Of a DNA stretch of 64,000 bases, positions 14,568 through 29,124 are shown piece after piece. A program made the position numbers and the translations under genes. The stretch is taken from positions 24,118,001 to 24,182,000 of the forward strand of contig CM114271.1 in the NCBI GenBank assembly GCA_050084515.1, given 5' to 3'. Below the pieces are notes generated by a model that ran no database searches, was not told where the DNA came from, and worked only from the letters and a program-made list of their open reading frames with translations. Source of the DNA: Blasia pusilla (Eukaryota). Every line of letters starts with the position of its first letter. The first letter of the stretch is position 1.

Positions 14568-17500
14568 ATGGCAACAGCGTCAGGCATGTACCTCAGGGGG
14601 TTTATTCTCGTGCGGACGTTTTTGACGCTTCTTTGAAATTGTGGCGAATCGTGGATGAATGTTTGGAGGTGTCAATTTCGAACATCCGCGGAGGTGGTGA
14701 ATTGTCATAATGTGTTCGGGCTTATGGTTGAGATTCACAAGGGATCTCGAAGGGATTTCTTTCAATTTTATGAATTGCATTTTGTGGTTGCAGCTGCGTT
14801 CAAGTCCCGAGAAGACCATAGGAAGCAGTTGGAGTTGGAGGAGGCTCGAAAGGCCGGACTTGCTCCTGCAGAGCTCGATGAAGATGGAAAGGAGATCAAT
14901 CCTCACATTCCGCAGTACATGTCCTCTGCTCCATGGTACCTTAACGCGGAAAGACCGGTACGTCGAATTGGAGGGAAGGAACGGGTTAAGCACGGGGTTT
15001 GAAGTTGTGATTGAGACAGAAATCTTCGTCATGGTCACAAATTCCCAAGATTATAATCAGTCAGGATGTGGGGGCCCGTATCTTGTTGATTAAGCCTGGC
15101 TCTCGTCCATTTATGTTCAGGAACTTGAATGGATTGATGCCATTTCTGCAACATGTTAAGTACATAGTTGAAGATCTAGATGGTCGAGCTGGATCAGTAG
15201 AGTTACCCGTGGAGAGTGGCTTTGATGACCTCTCTAATGTCTGTTACGGTATTTGTTCACCAGAGTTTGAAGCATCAACGGAAATGGAAGTCTGATCCAA
15301 ACTATACAAAGGATTGGTATGATCGAGGTGCAAAAGTCTTTCAAGCTGAAAAGTTTCGACCAGGTGCTTGCATTAAGTAAGCGTTCTTCACGAGTTGGAG
15401 CATATGGCTGGGTTTTAGGGTTGATTGGGGTTTCTTGAGCACAAGTGGAGCTAAGGACGCTTACGTTGGAATTAACACTTTCCTCTTCACGATCAGGAGT
15501 TTTGTTGGACTCCCAAGTAGCCCACCTGGGTTTACAGCTTGCACTATTGCAGGCTGGCAAAGATTGCACTCTGCTGACTCTCATCAATACACTTGTGTTT
15601 TTTTGCAGCTGTGGGGCTATGAGCCATGATGTCAAGACATGTATGGAAAGACCTCGGAAGATTGGAGCCAAGTGGACTAACAAGCGCATAGCAGCCGATG
15701 AGAAGGTCGAAGCGTTTGAGCTTGATTACGATGGCAAGCGGGACAGATGGAATGGTTATGACCCAGCAACGTATGCTCGAGTCATAGATTCCTATGAAAT
15801 GAGGGACGATGCCAGAAGAAAGTATCAAAAGGAGCAGCAGATGAAGAAAATGGAGCAGAAAAATGCTGTTCCGGCGAGGGAGAAAGATAAAGGAGAAGGC
15901 AGCGACGATGAGGATGAGGATGAAGATATTGAGGTAGATGAAGCAAAGGTCGACGAATCGAAACAAATGGATTTTGCCAAGGTTGAAAAACGTGTGCGAA
16001 CTACAGGTGGTGGAAGCACTGGAACTGTCCGGTAAGTTTCAATATGATGGGACATATTTTTCGAGGTTTTTCTTCCAAACTCTATTTCTTTTTCTTGGAA
16101 CAAGAGTTTTTGATGTTTTTTTAAACCTGTATCGATCCATCTATGTTTATGGTCTTGATTGGAGTATACTCTACCTGGAGAGGGGATACTGACCTGGTAT
16201 GCCTTGCTAGTTGTCCAATTTCGACAAAGCTCTAGTGAGTGATTGACATTCAAGTTGATTATTGGAATGAAGTTTACCTGTAGATAGATTTAGTGTACTG
16301 AACTTCTGACATCATGTTTCTTACCTATACAGAAATCTTCGAATTCGAGAGGATACTGCGAAGTACCTCCTGAATTTGGATGTGAACTCTGCTTACTATG
16401 ATCCCAAAACAAGGTCCATGCGCGAAGATCCACTTCCCGAGACTGATCCCAATGAAAAGTTCTATGCGGTAAGTTTAATATGTCGCAACCATTATTACAT
16501 TCATGAACCCAGTTTTCTCTACAGGCAATTACTCTGAAGATGTTGACTAATGTTGAGTTATTATGTTGGTCCTCGCAGGGAGACAACCAAAACCGTGTCA
16601 GTGGACAAGCTCAAGAGTTTAAGCAACTCAATATTCATGCCTGGGAGGCATATGAGAAGGGACAAGATATTCATTTGCAGGCTGCTCCATCTCAAGCTGA
16701 ACTTCTTCATCGAGAATTTAAAATCAAAAAGGAGAAGCTTAAAAGTCAAACGGAGGAGGATATTCTTCAGAAGTATGGCAATGCTGCAGAAGAAGACAAA
16801 CCGGACATGGAATTATTATTAGGTCAAACAGAGCGACAAGTGGAGTATGACAGGGCGGGTCGCATTATAAAAGGGCAGGTAGTTATCATTGAACTATAAA
16901 ATGAATGTTTTTTCTGGCCATGAGTTTTTTCCTTCTCAACTTCTGGAAATGGTCTGTATGCACCTATTTTCCATTGTATTGTATTGAGATAAGTGTTCCA
17001 TCTCAATTTATGGATGGTAAGTGATAATATAGAGAAATGACACTAGTGGTACTTTTGTAGCAGAATGTGGTAGCTGTGGGTGAACAGAAGCTGAATATGG
17101 CTCTGAGTTTTTGTTGTTGAATGGTGTTATTGCAGGAAAAAGCTGTTCCTAAGAGTAAATATGAAGAGGACGTGTACATCAATAATCATACCATGGTGTG
17201 GGGCTCATGGTGGAAGGATGGCCAATGGGGCTTTAAATGTTGTAAGCAGTTTACACGGAATAGTTACTGCACTGGGCAAGCTGGAATTGATGCTGCGGAG
17301 GCCTCTGCTGATTTGATGCAAAGTAATATTGAGAAGAAAGAGGCATTGTCAGGTATGACTCAAACCATAACTACAACACAGCTGAATTAGAGGTGGGATC
17401 AGTTCCAGCTGATTCTGGATGAGCGATGATGCTATGATTAGGCAAATGTTCGTGTATGTGTCCTGTGATAACAGGGACCACGGTTACGGTTGTAAGAAAC

Positions 17501-18373
17501 CTTGTGCATGAGTTTGCAAACTAACTTGTTTTTTGGTCCATGCCTACTTCCAATTGCTGTCCCCCGAATTGGATTTTTTGTGGTTGGTAAAGTTAGTGCA
17601 TGGGAAATAAGCGACACAACTCATTGACAAGTGCTCATTCCCCTTAGTTTGTGGAAACGTTACAGAAAAGTCCCCAACAAAAGAGGAGAAGAATTTAGCA
17701 ACCTGGGGAACAGAGGTTGCAGATGATCTTGTGCTTGACCAGAAGAAGCTGAAGGCTGCCCTTAAGAAGGTCAGCAATCTCCTGGCCATGGATTTGCAAT
17801 GCGATGGTTTCCAAAATGGTTTCTCTTACTTCATCATGTATGGTGTTGAAGGAAAAAAAATACAATCTTATGTCCAGCATTTTGAAAACAACAGGTGGCA
17901 GAAGTCGGTGCTTGAGCGGTCTTTTCAGTCTCTCTTTCTCCTGCTATCTCTGATTTGAAGTTTCCCCAAGCAATCACAGTGTTGCTAGTTCTAGGTGTCG
18001 GAGTGTTTACAGAACATGGTGTGCTCTGTATTGAAATGTTCAGGAAGATGAACGAGTGAAGGAGGAGAAAGATGAGCGGAAGCGCAAGTACAATGTGACA
18101 CACACAGATGAGGTATGAACTCTTCTAGAGTCAGTGGCTAGGGCCCAGGGAGGGCAGTGTTGTCGATTTTGACACTCTGCTAGTTGGACATTTTTCAGAG
18201 GAGAATATTGTGCAAGTGACTGCCACACAGTGAGTTTTATTCTCAAGTTTGCAAAGAACTAACCCAGTAAGTGACTTGGAATTGGATTGCCTGTACAGGT
18301 CACAGCAGAGGATATGGAGGCGTATAGGATGAAGAAGGTTCACTTTGATGACCCCATGAAAGACTTCCTTTAG
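14568..18373 (+). CDS. SLU7: Pre-mRNA splicing factor SLU7, 10 exons: 14568-14583, 14794-14957, 15264-15376, 15609-16031, 16333-16468, 16579-16878, 17136-17352, 17666-17769 (or from 17648), 18044-18112, 18299-18373
   Basis: [32 protein letters not shown], zinc knuckle [62 protein letters not shown]; exons join in frame at GT-AG sites plus one GC-AG. Confidence 0.96.
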
Positions 18374-21300
18374 ATGGGATGGGATGGGGCTTAGAGTACC
18401 TCTGAGGCACTATGTGCAGGACACCACAGATTTTGAAGTTTAGAAGACTCAATGTAGGACCGCTGCCTTGATGCAAAATTAGGACAGTCAGCGAATGCTA
18501 ACCCTGTATATTTGGATTGAAAGCTTGGCAGTCAATGGGATGGTTTGTCGTTGGTAGCTGTGTCATCATGCGAAGTCTGGACTTGGGTTGAAGATTGATG
18601 AGATGTCATTTCTCTGGGTCAGCCAGACTTCCAATAAACCTCCCTAACAGCCTGTATTGAGACCTGTGCCAATGTCAATTGAAGGGAACAGAGGAAAGTA
18701 GTGGCCCAGGGAAAGCAAGAATGCTCGCCTCTCCCCCATACTGTACAATATTGTGTAGTACAAGTGAAATATCATATTCTACAGTGCACAAGTTTTGTGT
18801 GTGACCATCATCTTCTTCGAATTATACAAGCAGTCCTCGGGTTTTGTTTTCAGTAAGGCAGAATCAATATTCCAGGTAGGTTGCCTGGTGATGGCTTTGG
18901 GATAAACATTGAAATGCCTGTGGAAATCGCCCTTGGGTCTCACAGAGATATGCAGAGGTGGAGTAATCATGTTTGTGAAGATCTCTTTCCTGGCCTGAAC
19001 CCTTGTTATTAAACACAGGCTCCAAGGGCATACCCTGTGTTTATCTCAGAAAAAGTCTGCACTTGCTAATACACATTTGGTCACAAAGTTCGCACATGTA
19101 AACTCTAAAAAGAATTCACACTTGACATGCAAGGTGGTAGTACCCCTGCCAAACTAGGACTTGCAGATCAACCATGAATATCGCATCTTTCCTAACAGTT
19201 GATGTTGCATGAAGCATTTGACCACAAAATCTTTGGGATCCATTCTCTATGTTTTGTCCTACCAATCGTGAAAGATCTGGATCCAGGTTGTAACAGGGCC
19301 CTAATGCCATATTTCATGCTTTTGGATTCCATACACTTGAATGCAACTCCGGATGTAGTGTCTTCATTTTTCAGGCTTGTGATGTTACAACCTTTTCAGA
19401 AACTTTGGGCTCTCTTCCCTACGTTTTATCATGACGCACATGGCCTAAACTCCATATTAAATTCTGAGATTTTCACATCTTTTTTTTCCCCTATTACAAT
19501 TATGGGCAATTATCTTGATTTGGTCTTGCTTACAAATACATGAACCACCGGATTTCTAATCTAGTCATCCAAAGGTTGCACAATCTCTACTTGATATTGG
19601 ATATTTACATTGCTACTTAACTACTCTTAAGATTAACCATGTTGATATTTGACATTCATCTCCTCACTGGCATCCTTAATCATAATAGGCCCGCAATAAG
19701 AGGAGAAAATTAAATTAATAGTCTTAATAAAGAAGTTTAAGGAGTTATGCTTGTATGACGTGAAGGGTTTATCAAGTGATGTGTTAGAATAGATTTAACA
19801 TATTTTGCATGGAGCCATGGAGTTAAGGACCTCCACACAAACTGCATCCTTATTCTTAATAAAACATATTTTCTTATATTATTAATAAAATATAAGAAAA
19901 TATGTTACATACCCTATTTTCCCAAAGAGCCATTTAATCGAGGAACGAAAACAATAGTGTTTGTTCCTATGTTGAGTTTTCTCTTTGTTCAAATTCCATC
20001 CAAATTCTACTTAAAACATGGAAAAGTTCTACTTCTACATGGAAAAGACCATTTTTTAAATCTTTAATATTTGCTAAAAAAAACCAAGTTAGAATACATA
20101 GACATTAACCTAAGGCGCTCAACGAGTGCAAGATAATAGTTGGTAATGCATTGACAACCACAATTTTTTTTCTTGTAATGCTAAAAATATCTATTTTTGG
20201 ACATTCATGGGAGACCCACAAACTTCTTGTTGTTGTTTAAGAGTGACATCAGCAAATGCTTTTCCTATTTTTGGAATTTTTTGTTCAAGTTTTCTCCAAA
20301 TTTGTTTTTTTTTTCTCATGGAAAAATTAAAATGCATGCACTATGCAAAGTGGGCCTTTGTCTTAAGTTGGTGATAATGAAAAAAAATTGGTTATTGGTT
20401 ATAAGAAGATATAAATTTTTTTTTTCAATGTCAAATGCAAAACTTCCGTACTTGTATATATTATTTGTGTATATTTGTCTACGATTGATTGTACTTATAT
20501 GTGTTGTGTTACTTCATCCCAAGTACTAGCTATATTGATATTGATTACCTACATCTTAGCTAGTGTTATCTTTGGATTGCTCTTCCTTCAATGAGTGGGT
20601 GGGCCACTATTGGGAGTAGTTGACAATCGTCTATAACCTGAGTTGCGTTTGTAAGGGCCTCCCTCCTATTGTGGCCACTTTTTGACCGCCTATTCAAGCC
20701 ATGATATGTGGCTTTTGAGTGCAGATACATTGGTGCCTAACCTAATATGCGATCGTGCTAACGAATTGATAGAGGTCATTTCTATAGGTTTTCACGATCG
20801 GTTTCTCTAATGTCGTACTTTTTAGGTCCTCCTATGTCTAGCTGATTCCAACATTTGGTAATTCAAAGCGATATCTCAGAGTCCTCCTCATCCTTGTATC
20901 ATGAGCTATATGACAGAGCCAAGACACACCCTAAACGCACTACTACTATGTGAGTCTTTGGTGATTACTCCAATTTTGGGAGTCACTACATCCACAAAAC
21001 AGTGAGAATACAGGCCGACGAAGATCGATGAGTGTCACTTGCAAAAAAAACCCCTTTGCGAGGTAATCACGAGTGCACTCTACAACCATGGAGACTCACA
21101 AGAATGGAAAGAAATTTAATAACAAAAAAAGCTCCAACCCCTTTGCAGAACCCCTTCATTTTCTACCATACGATTTCAAGAATTCAAGTGTTAGTCAAGG
21201 ATTTTTAATTTTTCCTACTCTCAAGACTTTGTGGGACAAGAGCTCCCAAGATGTTAGTCTAGTTTTGTTCTTCTTCTTCCACTTTTCTCCCATAGATAGT

Positions 21301-21543
21301 GGGACCGATCATATTGGAAGTGGACATACATAGATTCCAAACCACATCGATATTGGATCCAAATATCTTCTTGATAGGAAGACGCATGAATATGTGTTTG
21401 TTGATTGCGACATGTGCTCTAAGTTGGTACATTATTATTCCCTTGAACTTACTTTATTTTATAATTGAATTATTTTTAGTTTTACGAATTGGCTTATACC
21501 AATTTATTTGGATGTGGAAGCATAAGATTATGCACTCATCTAA

Positions 21544-22543
21544 TGTCGTGCGCCTACTCTCCTTGAACGTCAATCTCTAGTATTGCGGAAGCGTACGTTC
21601 AGTAGGACACGCTCTCATCGCCGACTTGCATCCAAACGCACCCACATTAGTCTGGCTTTGGGTCAAGCCGTCTTCCAACCCACCGAGTCTTCTACTCGGA
21701 GTCTTATCAAGCTCAACCTTCCTTACTTCCTAGGTTCCCAACATCGCAAGTCCTTCAAGACTTGGAACAGACTTTCTGGTTAGTCCACGAACCTAAAACA
21801 ACACCTGCGCGCCTAGCGGTTCCAACTGTCCAACGGACCTCGTGCGAGTTCCTAACCGGGACCCAAGTAATTGAGTCACGGGTTGGAATCCAAGAGGGCT
21901 CTCTAAAATCACGTCAATAGACTTGGTTCAGGTTTTCAAGCCCAACTCCAAACTCCTGATCCGTTCCATGCCCTTGAACCGCCCCGCGGCGCCCAAAGTG
22001 GGGTTCGAGTCCCAAGCACCCTTGGAGACCTTCCCCATTACTAGTACTTCTGGGGTTCTCCAATAACCCCTCCCCTTTAGAAAAGGATGGTCGAGCCCTT
22101 CATTGTGGCCCTCAACCCGACTCTACTTACAGTCGTTTTCGGGTTGTTTCTCAACCGCTACTTATGCGTTTGTAGAGATCTTTAGTGCGTCTGAACCGGC
22201 TTTCCATAAGCTTTTCAACACACTTATTCATCCCAAATGCATCTTGGTGCTAAAAGTTATGGCCATAAATACAGTCGGAAACTCTCAAACGCAAGTGGCG
22301 TCCCAAATCCGGATTCCTTCCTTTGGCGACCCACTTCCTAGACTTGACTCCTCTCAAGTCTTGATCCGCCTTTGGTCCAGGTTTCTCAATCGCGACCACA
22401 ACCTATGAAACGCGAAGCCTCACTTGCGTCTCGTCTCTTGTCTCTTCTCCGAGACCACTCCAACGCGCAAACCATCTTAGAGTGAGCCCGCTAGTGTTCC
22501 GATGTTCCGCTTTGGCGCTCGTTTGGTCATGAGGGTCGCGACA
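21544..22543 (-). repeat. Chromovirus 3' LTR (1000 bp)
   Basis: TGTCG...GCGACA termini; homologous to 25158-26166 and 35299-36279. Confidence 0.92.
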
Positions 22544-24420
22544 CTCACCCCTCTTTAGAGGTTGATGCCCTCATCAACACAAACCTTTGTTATGTCAAGT
22601 CTATTGGGCAGCCTACCCCTTGACATCGAATTGCGTTTTGGTGGCTAACCCGCAATTCCTCTTAGTCTTAAGTTGTCGCTTTGCACCACTTAGAATTATT
22701 AGCATCTCGTCTTTGATAAGCCTGGACTTGTTCTGAAGAACTAACCTATCAAATAAGCTAACTAAGCGTGCAACCTTAGACTCTTCTGACTCACTCTTGC
22801 AAACATCACACCTATTTACCTGGTCCACAACTCGTACTATTATTGGGTCCCTCTCGTATTCGACTTAGGCGCGTCACTAAGTTTACTTATGTAGCCACAA
22901 GTAAGATCACCCCAAGCCCCAAGACAGACATCATCTGCCCCGCCGACGCTAGGGTGAGCCCGAGTGTAATCCAACACAAGGTCGTATTCTAGGTGCTTAT
23001 CCACATATGAGCTCTCTCTTCAAATACTCCTTGTCTCTCTTCTTGACTTACATCCTAAGCATATGATGAACGACTCATAGCCATACACTACCACATACAA
23101 ATTGCAAGCACTTTAGCATCGAATCTCCAAATCCATGCATTCCTTTATTGCAACACTAGCCTGTTCTAGTTACAATGGCCTTCGGCCCAGATTCCAATGG
23201 TCACAAGTCATGTCCTTAGCTTCTCCCCGTACTAACGTATGTGCTTCTTTTGCGTCCGCTTGAAGTCTCGCAACAACTCTTGTGCGTGTTCCAAATCTGC
23301 CTCCGCAATCCAAGTCGCCTCCTTCACATGGTAGCCTTTCCATTTAACCAAGTACTCATACTTGTTGGCCCGACGCCTCGAACGCAAGATGGTCTCCACC
23401 TCGAACTCCGGTTCTTCATTCGCAATTACCGGTTGCGGTCTCAACACTTGTCTTCACTCGAAGCGCCCATTATCTTGAAGATATTTATTCAACAATGACA
23501 CATGAAAGGTCGGGTGAATCTTGAACTCGTCCGATAGCTCCAACATATACACATCCTCAAACGGATTGGCCATAATCACATACGGTCCAACATACTTGGC
23601 CGACAGCTTCGCAAACAAGTCTTTCGGCACAGTGAGATTCTTCACACTCAACCACACTTGCTCTCCAACTTGGAATCGTACTTGGCGCCGACTCTTGTTA
23701 GCATGCTTAACGTACCTCCTTTGAGCCTTTTCAAGACTTTGCCTTGCTTGCTCTTCCCGTTCTCGCATCTCCGCTAACAAACCTTCTGCCGTCACTTGTC
23801 GTGTCCGTGCCAATGTAGTACCCTCCGAAAGGGCTAGGTCAAGAGGCCCTTCTGGCTCTCGTCCATTTTCCAGAAGAAACGGAGATTCTCCAATAGCAGA
23901 ATGCTTGGTCGAGTTGTAGCAGTACTCTGCCATGCTTAGCCACTTGACCCAATCTCGCTGATCCGCACTCACATAATTCCTTAAATACTGATTCACGATC
24001 AAATTTACCTTTTCAGTCTGCCCAACTGTTTGTGGATGGAAGGCATTGTTGAAACTCAACTTGGTCTTAAACCTTCTGAATAAGTGCTTCCAAAAAGCAC
24101 TGGTAAACTTTGGATCTCGATCTGAAACAATACTCCTTGGCAAACCTTGAGTCCGCCACTAGCCATCCAGGAACAATTGCGAAGTCGTATAACCCGTTGG
24201 GAAATCCACCGTTGGCACAAATCTCGTCAACTTGCTAAACCGATCCACAATCACAAGTATAGCGTTGTATCCCTCAGATTCCGGAAGACTCGTGATGAAA
24301 TCCATACTCACACTTTGCAAGGGTCCTTTTGGTATTGGGAAGGGATGGAGCAGATCTTGTCTCTTATCATAAGAAACTCTGTTTGCTTGGCAGGTCACAC
24401 AGGTCTTCACATATTGAGCA
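21544..24420 (-). mobile_element. Chromovirus (Ty3/Gypsy) 3' fragment: integrase, chromodomain, PPT and 3' LTR
   Basis: Integrase (SMDFITSLP, IVSDRDPKFTS, HPQTVGQTE, KYVGPY, IHPTFHVS) 23454-24410; chromodomain (FEVETIL..YLVKWKGY..TWIAE) 23232-23447; PPT AAAGAGGGGTGAG before the LTR; truncated at about 24420. Confidence 0.93.
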
Positions 24421-27400
24421 GGGGGCTGGTATTTTGGCAGGAGAGAGGAAGAGAGGAGAGTCTCTTTCTAAAAAAAAAGGCCAAATCGGCCTCCTCTCTT
24501 CAAATTTTTTGATATATTTGAAATTTTTGTTTGCTTTCAAATTCATAAAATCTTTAGAAGAGAGTAGGTAGTGGTCCACATTCAGGCCTTAAGAAACCTC
24601 TTTTTTCAGTGGGCGAAAAACAAGTAGACATCATAAGACCATTACAAACATTTTTCTATCACTCTCCATGTGAGCCTAAGTTTCTTCACATTGCCTGTCT
24701 CAGTCTACAGTAACCTGTGCCTAGGGGTATTTTTGTTGGAGGACCATTGGCAAATAATTTGACCAGAAGTAGCGATCTCATCTCAATGAAAGGTTCAAAT
24801 AAAGACTCTAATGATGGTCTCAATAGACTGCGGTGTTTTTCAAGGTTTAACTTCTCGGAATATTTGGTTGACATTATGGATTGACATCTCTTCTTGCAGA
24901 AGAAAGGCTCAAGGAAATGCCTGTAAATGATTGTTGACTCTTCTTGCAGAGGGCATCAATACTCATCATACATTATGGAAAACCATTGGCAACATTGTAC
25001 CAAAATGAGAATTTTTGACCTTCCCCCATTTCCAAGTGTCTATAAAGTATTAATGTGTCATGAGACCTTACCCGGATGCGTATCGGGTACGATGCCAACC
25101 TCTCTTTTTGCAGGTATTGTTGCCTGCATCATGGCCTCCCCTGAATTGCCCCATAATTGTCGCGCCCCTACTCTCCTTGAACGTCAATCTTTAGTGTTGC
25201 GGAAGCATACGTTCAGTAGGTCACGATCTCATCGCTGATCTGCACCCAAATACGCACTCTCGTTAGTCGGGTCTGGGCCAACCAGCGTTCCAACCCACCG
25301 AGTTCTCAACTCGACGTCTCATCAAGCTCAACCTTCCTTAGTTCCTAGTTTCCAAAACACGGCAAGTCCTTCAAGACTTGGAACAGACTTCCTGGTTAGT
25401 CCAAGGATCTGAAATGACACTTGCGCGCCTAGCGATCCCAACTGTTCAACGGACCTCGTGTGAGTTTCAAACCGAGACCCACGTAATTGAGTCACGGGGT
25501 GAAATCCAAGAGGGATGTCTAAAATCGCCTCAATAGACTTGGTGCAGGTTTTCCAACCCAACTCCCAAACTCGCGTTCCGTTCCATGCCCTTGAGCCGCC
25601 CCGCGGCGCCCAAAGTGGGGTTTGGGTTCCAAGCACTCTCGAAGACCTTTCCCCTTACTAGTACTTCTGGGGTTCTCCAATAACCCCCCCCCCTCCCCCT
25701 TGGAAAAGGAGGGTCGGGCCCTTCATTGCGGCTCTCAACCGGACTCTACTTACAGTCGTTTCCGGGTTGTTTCTTAGCCTCTGCTGAAGCGTTTGCAAAG
25801 ATCTCTAGTGCGTTTGAACCAGCTTTCCATAAGCTTTCTAACGCACCCTTATTTAATCCATACAAATCTTGGCGCTAAAAGTTATGGCCATAAATACAGT
25901 TGGAAACTCTCAAACGCTAGTGGTGTTCCAAATCCGGATTCTTCCTTTGGCAACCCACTTCCTAGACTCGACTTCTTTCAAGTCTCATTCCGCGTTTGGT
26001 CCAGGTTTCTTGGTCGCGACCACAACATCTGAAACGCGACGCCTCGCTCACGTCTCGTCTCTTGTCTCCTCTTTGAGACTACTCCAACGCGCAAACCATC
26101 TTAGTGTGAGCCCGCTAATGTTCCGATGTTCCGCTTGACATTCGTTTGGTCATGAGGGTCGCGACAATAATGAAAGGTGTATGCTCAAGATCAACTTTGT
26201 GAAATGTGAACACACGAGACGATAATTGAACCAAAAGATTGTTAGCTGTCTAGAGTAAAGAGGAACTGATGTCCCTTCATTCAGATCCTAAATCTGAGAA
26301 ACCAAGAAGCTACACCTCCCAACCCGTCGGAATTTTAAAGGTTGCAACTCTTGCAACCCGTCGGAATCTGATGGATTTCACCCCTTGCAAGCAAGCTCAC
26401 CATAATAAAGGAAAGGTTTTGAGAAGTGATTCCATTCCACCCTGCACCCACGAAAATCCAACAGGTTGGGAATCCGAAATGGCAATCCTACAGGTAGTAG
26501 GAATCCAACACGTCTTAGAGAAGAAAAGAAACCTACGACTAGTTTGACGATACTAGGGGAACAAGCCAAGAGTGAAGAAGCTCGCCACAATGCCTCACAA
26601 GTTGGTCTCACAGGGAAAGAGTCCGATCACTCAAGCAGCCAACTTGTCAGAATCCGACAGCTTGCTTGGAAATGGTTAAAAAGTTGTAGTGGTCAAAAAG
26701 TGGAAAGTTGCAACCCTTCGGAATCAGACGGGTTGCAAAATAAACCGGGGCTGGTATTCTCGTAGGAGAGAGGAAGATAGGAGAGGAAGAGAGGAAGAGA
26801 GGAGAGTCTCTCTTCAAAAAAAGGGGCCAAATCCGCCTCCTCTCTTCAAAACTTTTTGACATATTTGAAAATTTTGTTTGCTTTCAAATTCATGAAATCT
26901 TTAGAAGAGAGTAGGTAGTGGTCCACGTTCGGGCCTAAAAAAACGTTCTTTTTGCAGGGGGTGAAAAACTAGTAGACATCATAAGACCACTACAAACATT
27001 TTCCCATCACTCTCCATGTGAGCCTAAGTTTTTTCACATTGCCTCTCTCAGTCTAAAGTAAGCTATGCCCAGGGCTAGGTTTTTTGGAGGACCATTGGCA
27101 AATAATGTGACCATAAGTAGCAATCTCATCTCAATGAAAGGTTCAAATAAAGGCCAACTTTGTGAAATGTGAACAGGAGATGATAATTGAACCAAAAGAT
27201 TGTTAGTTGTCTGGAGTAAAGAGGAACTGATGTCCCTTCATTCAGATCCTAAATCTGAGAAACCGAGAAGTTGCACCCCTCCCAATCCGTCGGAATTTTA
27301 CACGTTGCAACTCTTGCAACCCGTCGGAATCAGATGACTTGCACCCCTTGCAAGCAAGCTCACCATAACAAAGGAAAGATTTTGAGAAGTGATTCCATTC

Positions 27401-27706
27401 TACCCTGCACCCATGAAGATCCAACTAGTTGGGAATCCGAAATGGCAATCCGACAAGCAACAGGAATCCAACACGTCTTAGAGAAGAAAAGAAGCCTACG
27501 ACTGGTTTGAAAATACTAGGGGATCGAGCCAAAAGTGAAGAAGCCCGCCACAATGCCTCAAAAGTTGGTCTCATAGGGAAAGAGTCCGATCACTCAAGCA
27601 GCCAACCCGTCGGAATCCGACAACTTACGTGGAAATGGTTAAAAAGTTGCAGTGGTGAAAAAGTGAAAAGTTGCAACCCGTCGGAATCAGACGGGTTGCA
27701 AAATAA
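24421..27706. repeat. Tandemly duplicated segment at the probable outer part of the Mutator-like element
   Basis: 24421-24815 matches 26746-27150 (both begin GGGGCTGGTATT); 26190-26743 matches 27155-27706. Confidence 0.8.
25158..26166 (-). mobile_element. Solo LTR of the same chromovirus family
   Basis: TGTCGCG...CGCGACA termini, 5-bp TSD ATAAT (25153-25157, 26167-26171). Confidence 0.95.
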
Positions 27707-27875
27707 ACATTCTGAGTAGCTAGACGAACACAATCGACAAGTCCAAAAAAAATATTCAGTAAACTTTTACAAACATCATTATCGTTTGAAAAAATCTTGT
27801 CCTTTATTACATCCGAAGGAAGCTCGGAAATGTACATTTGATCTAGTCTATGATTTCTTCAGCCTTGTCATCTAC

Positions 27876-28871
27876 AAATTTACTCCTAACTCTCCTAGGT
27901 TCCTGTACAAAAGGAATGTCCTGGGATACAAATGGCTTCTCTGGCAGATTGTAGACGGGGATTGAAAATGTTGGCGAATTCGAGAGCCTTGGGACCCCGG
28001 GCTAGGTACACCATAACGGTCCCATGTAACCTGATTTGAGTCCCACCGCCTTCCTCGGCAGTTAATCTTGTACGCTCTGCAAGGTGACATCCATCCAATA
28101 TCAATATGTGCTCCGTCCTTGGAGACACCATCAACCCCTCAGCCAAGTAGTAGGAATCCAACACGTCTTATTTGATGACGAGGCAGAAGAATCATAGAAT
28201 AGATCAAATGTACACTTCGGAGCTTCCTTCGGATGTAATAAAGGACAAGATTTTTTTGAACGATGATGGTGTTTGTAAAAGTTTGTTGAATATCTTTTTT
28301 GGTCTTGTCGATTGTGATCGTTTATGTACTCTGACAATTCATATTGCAACCCGTCAGATTGCCACAGGTTGCAACTTTTCACTTTTAGACCACTGCACCT
28401 TTTTAACCACTTCCACGCAACCTGTCGGATTCCGACAGGTTGGCTGCGGGAGTGATCGGACTCTTTCCCTATTAGTCCAACTTTACAAGCATTATGGCGG
28501 GCTTCTTCACTTTGGCACCTTCCCCTAGTTTCGTCAAACAAGTCTTAGGCTTCCTCTCTTCTCTAAGACGTGTTGGAGAGACTTGCCACTTTTCCATGTG
28601 CCTTTGATACTCGCCCCTGAAAGGCCCACTAAGTCGAACACCAAGTCACCCAGCCTTGAGCAGAGCTCGATGAGCGTTTGCATCATCGCCGGCGACTTTT
28701 CCCTTCCTCCAAATAAGGGGGTACCATTTTGCATGTTAATTCCCAGGGGGGGGGATTGTATAAACTATCTAAGCAATACCCATCGGAGCATGGATCCACT
28801 GGATCGAGGATCTGAAACCCTTGGAAGTTGTGCTCGGGCCTTACAAAACAGTAGACAAAGGAGTGGTCCAT
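27876..28871 (-). pseudogene. 3' exons of the left-arm gene: C-terminal half of a beta-class N6A/N4C methyltransferase-like domain
   Basis: AG acceptor at 28873-28872, then MDHSFVYCFVRP; after a frameshift, GGREKSPAMMQTLIELCSRLGDLVFDLVGLSGAS (motif X/I-like); possible further exon GLMVSPRTEHILILD. Confidence 0.65.
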
Positions 28872-29124
28872 CTATAAAGAAGTAGGTTGGAAAAAATGTC
28901 AGCAACAAGAAAGAGCTAATTTTAGTATGCAACAACAAGAACGGTATACTATCACAATGGTGACACAATGTGCAACTCGTTCCCAAAGAACTTCGCTTAA
29001 TCCCAGAGAACTTAGTTATAGTCCTAACATTGGAGCAACGTGTCGGAGTCCGACGGGTTGTTTTACAAGTGTTAGTGAATTTTTTTGCCATGAGCAACCC
29101 GTCCGAAGGCCATAGATTGCTGGA

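Noticed and set aside
19863-19906. 18-bp AT-rich hairpin
   Set aside because: Isolated and low complexity, with no TSD or element context
21544-26166. Treating the two LTRs at 21544 and 25158 as one element
   Set aside because: The second has its own ATAAT TSD, so it is a solo LTR, and unrelated sequence lies between them
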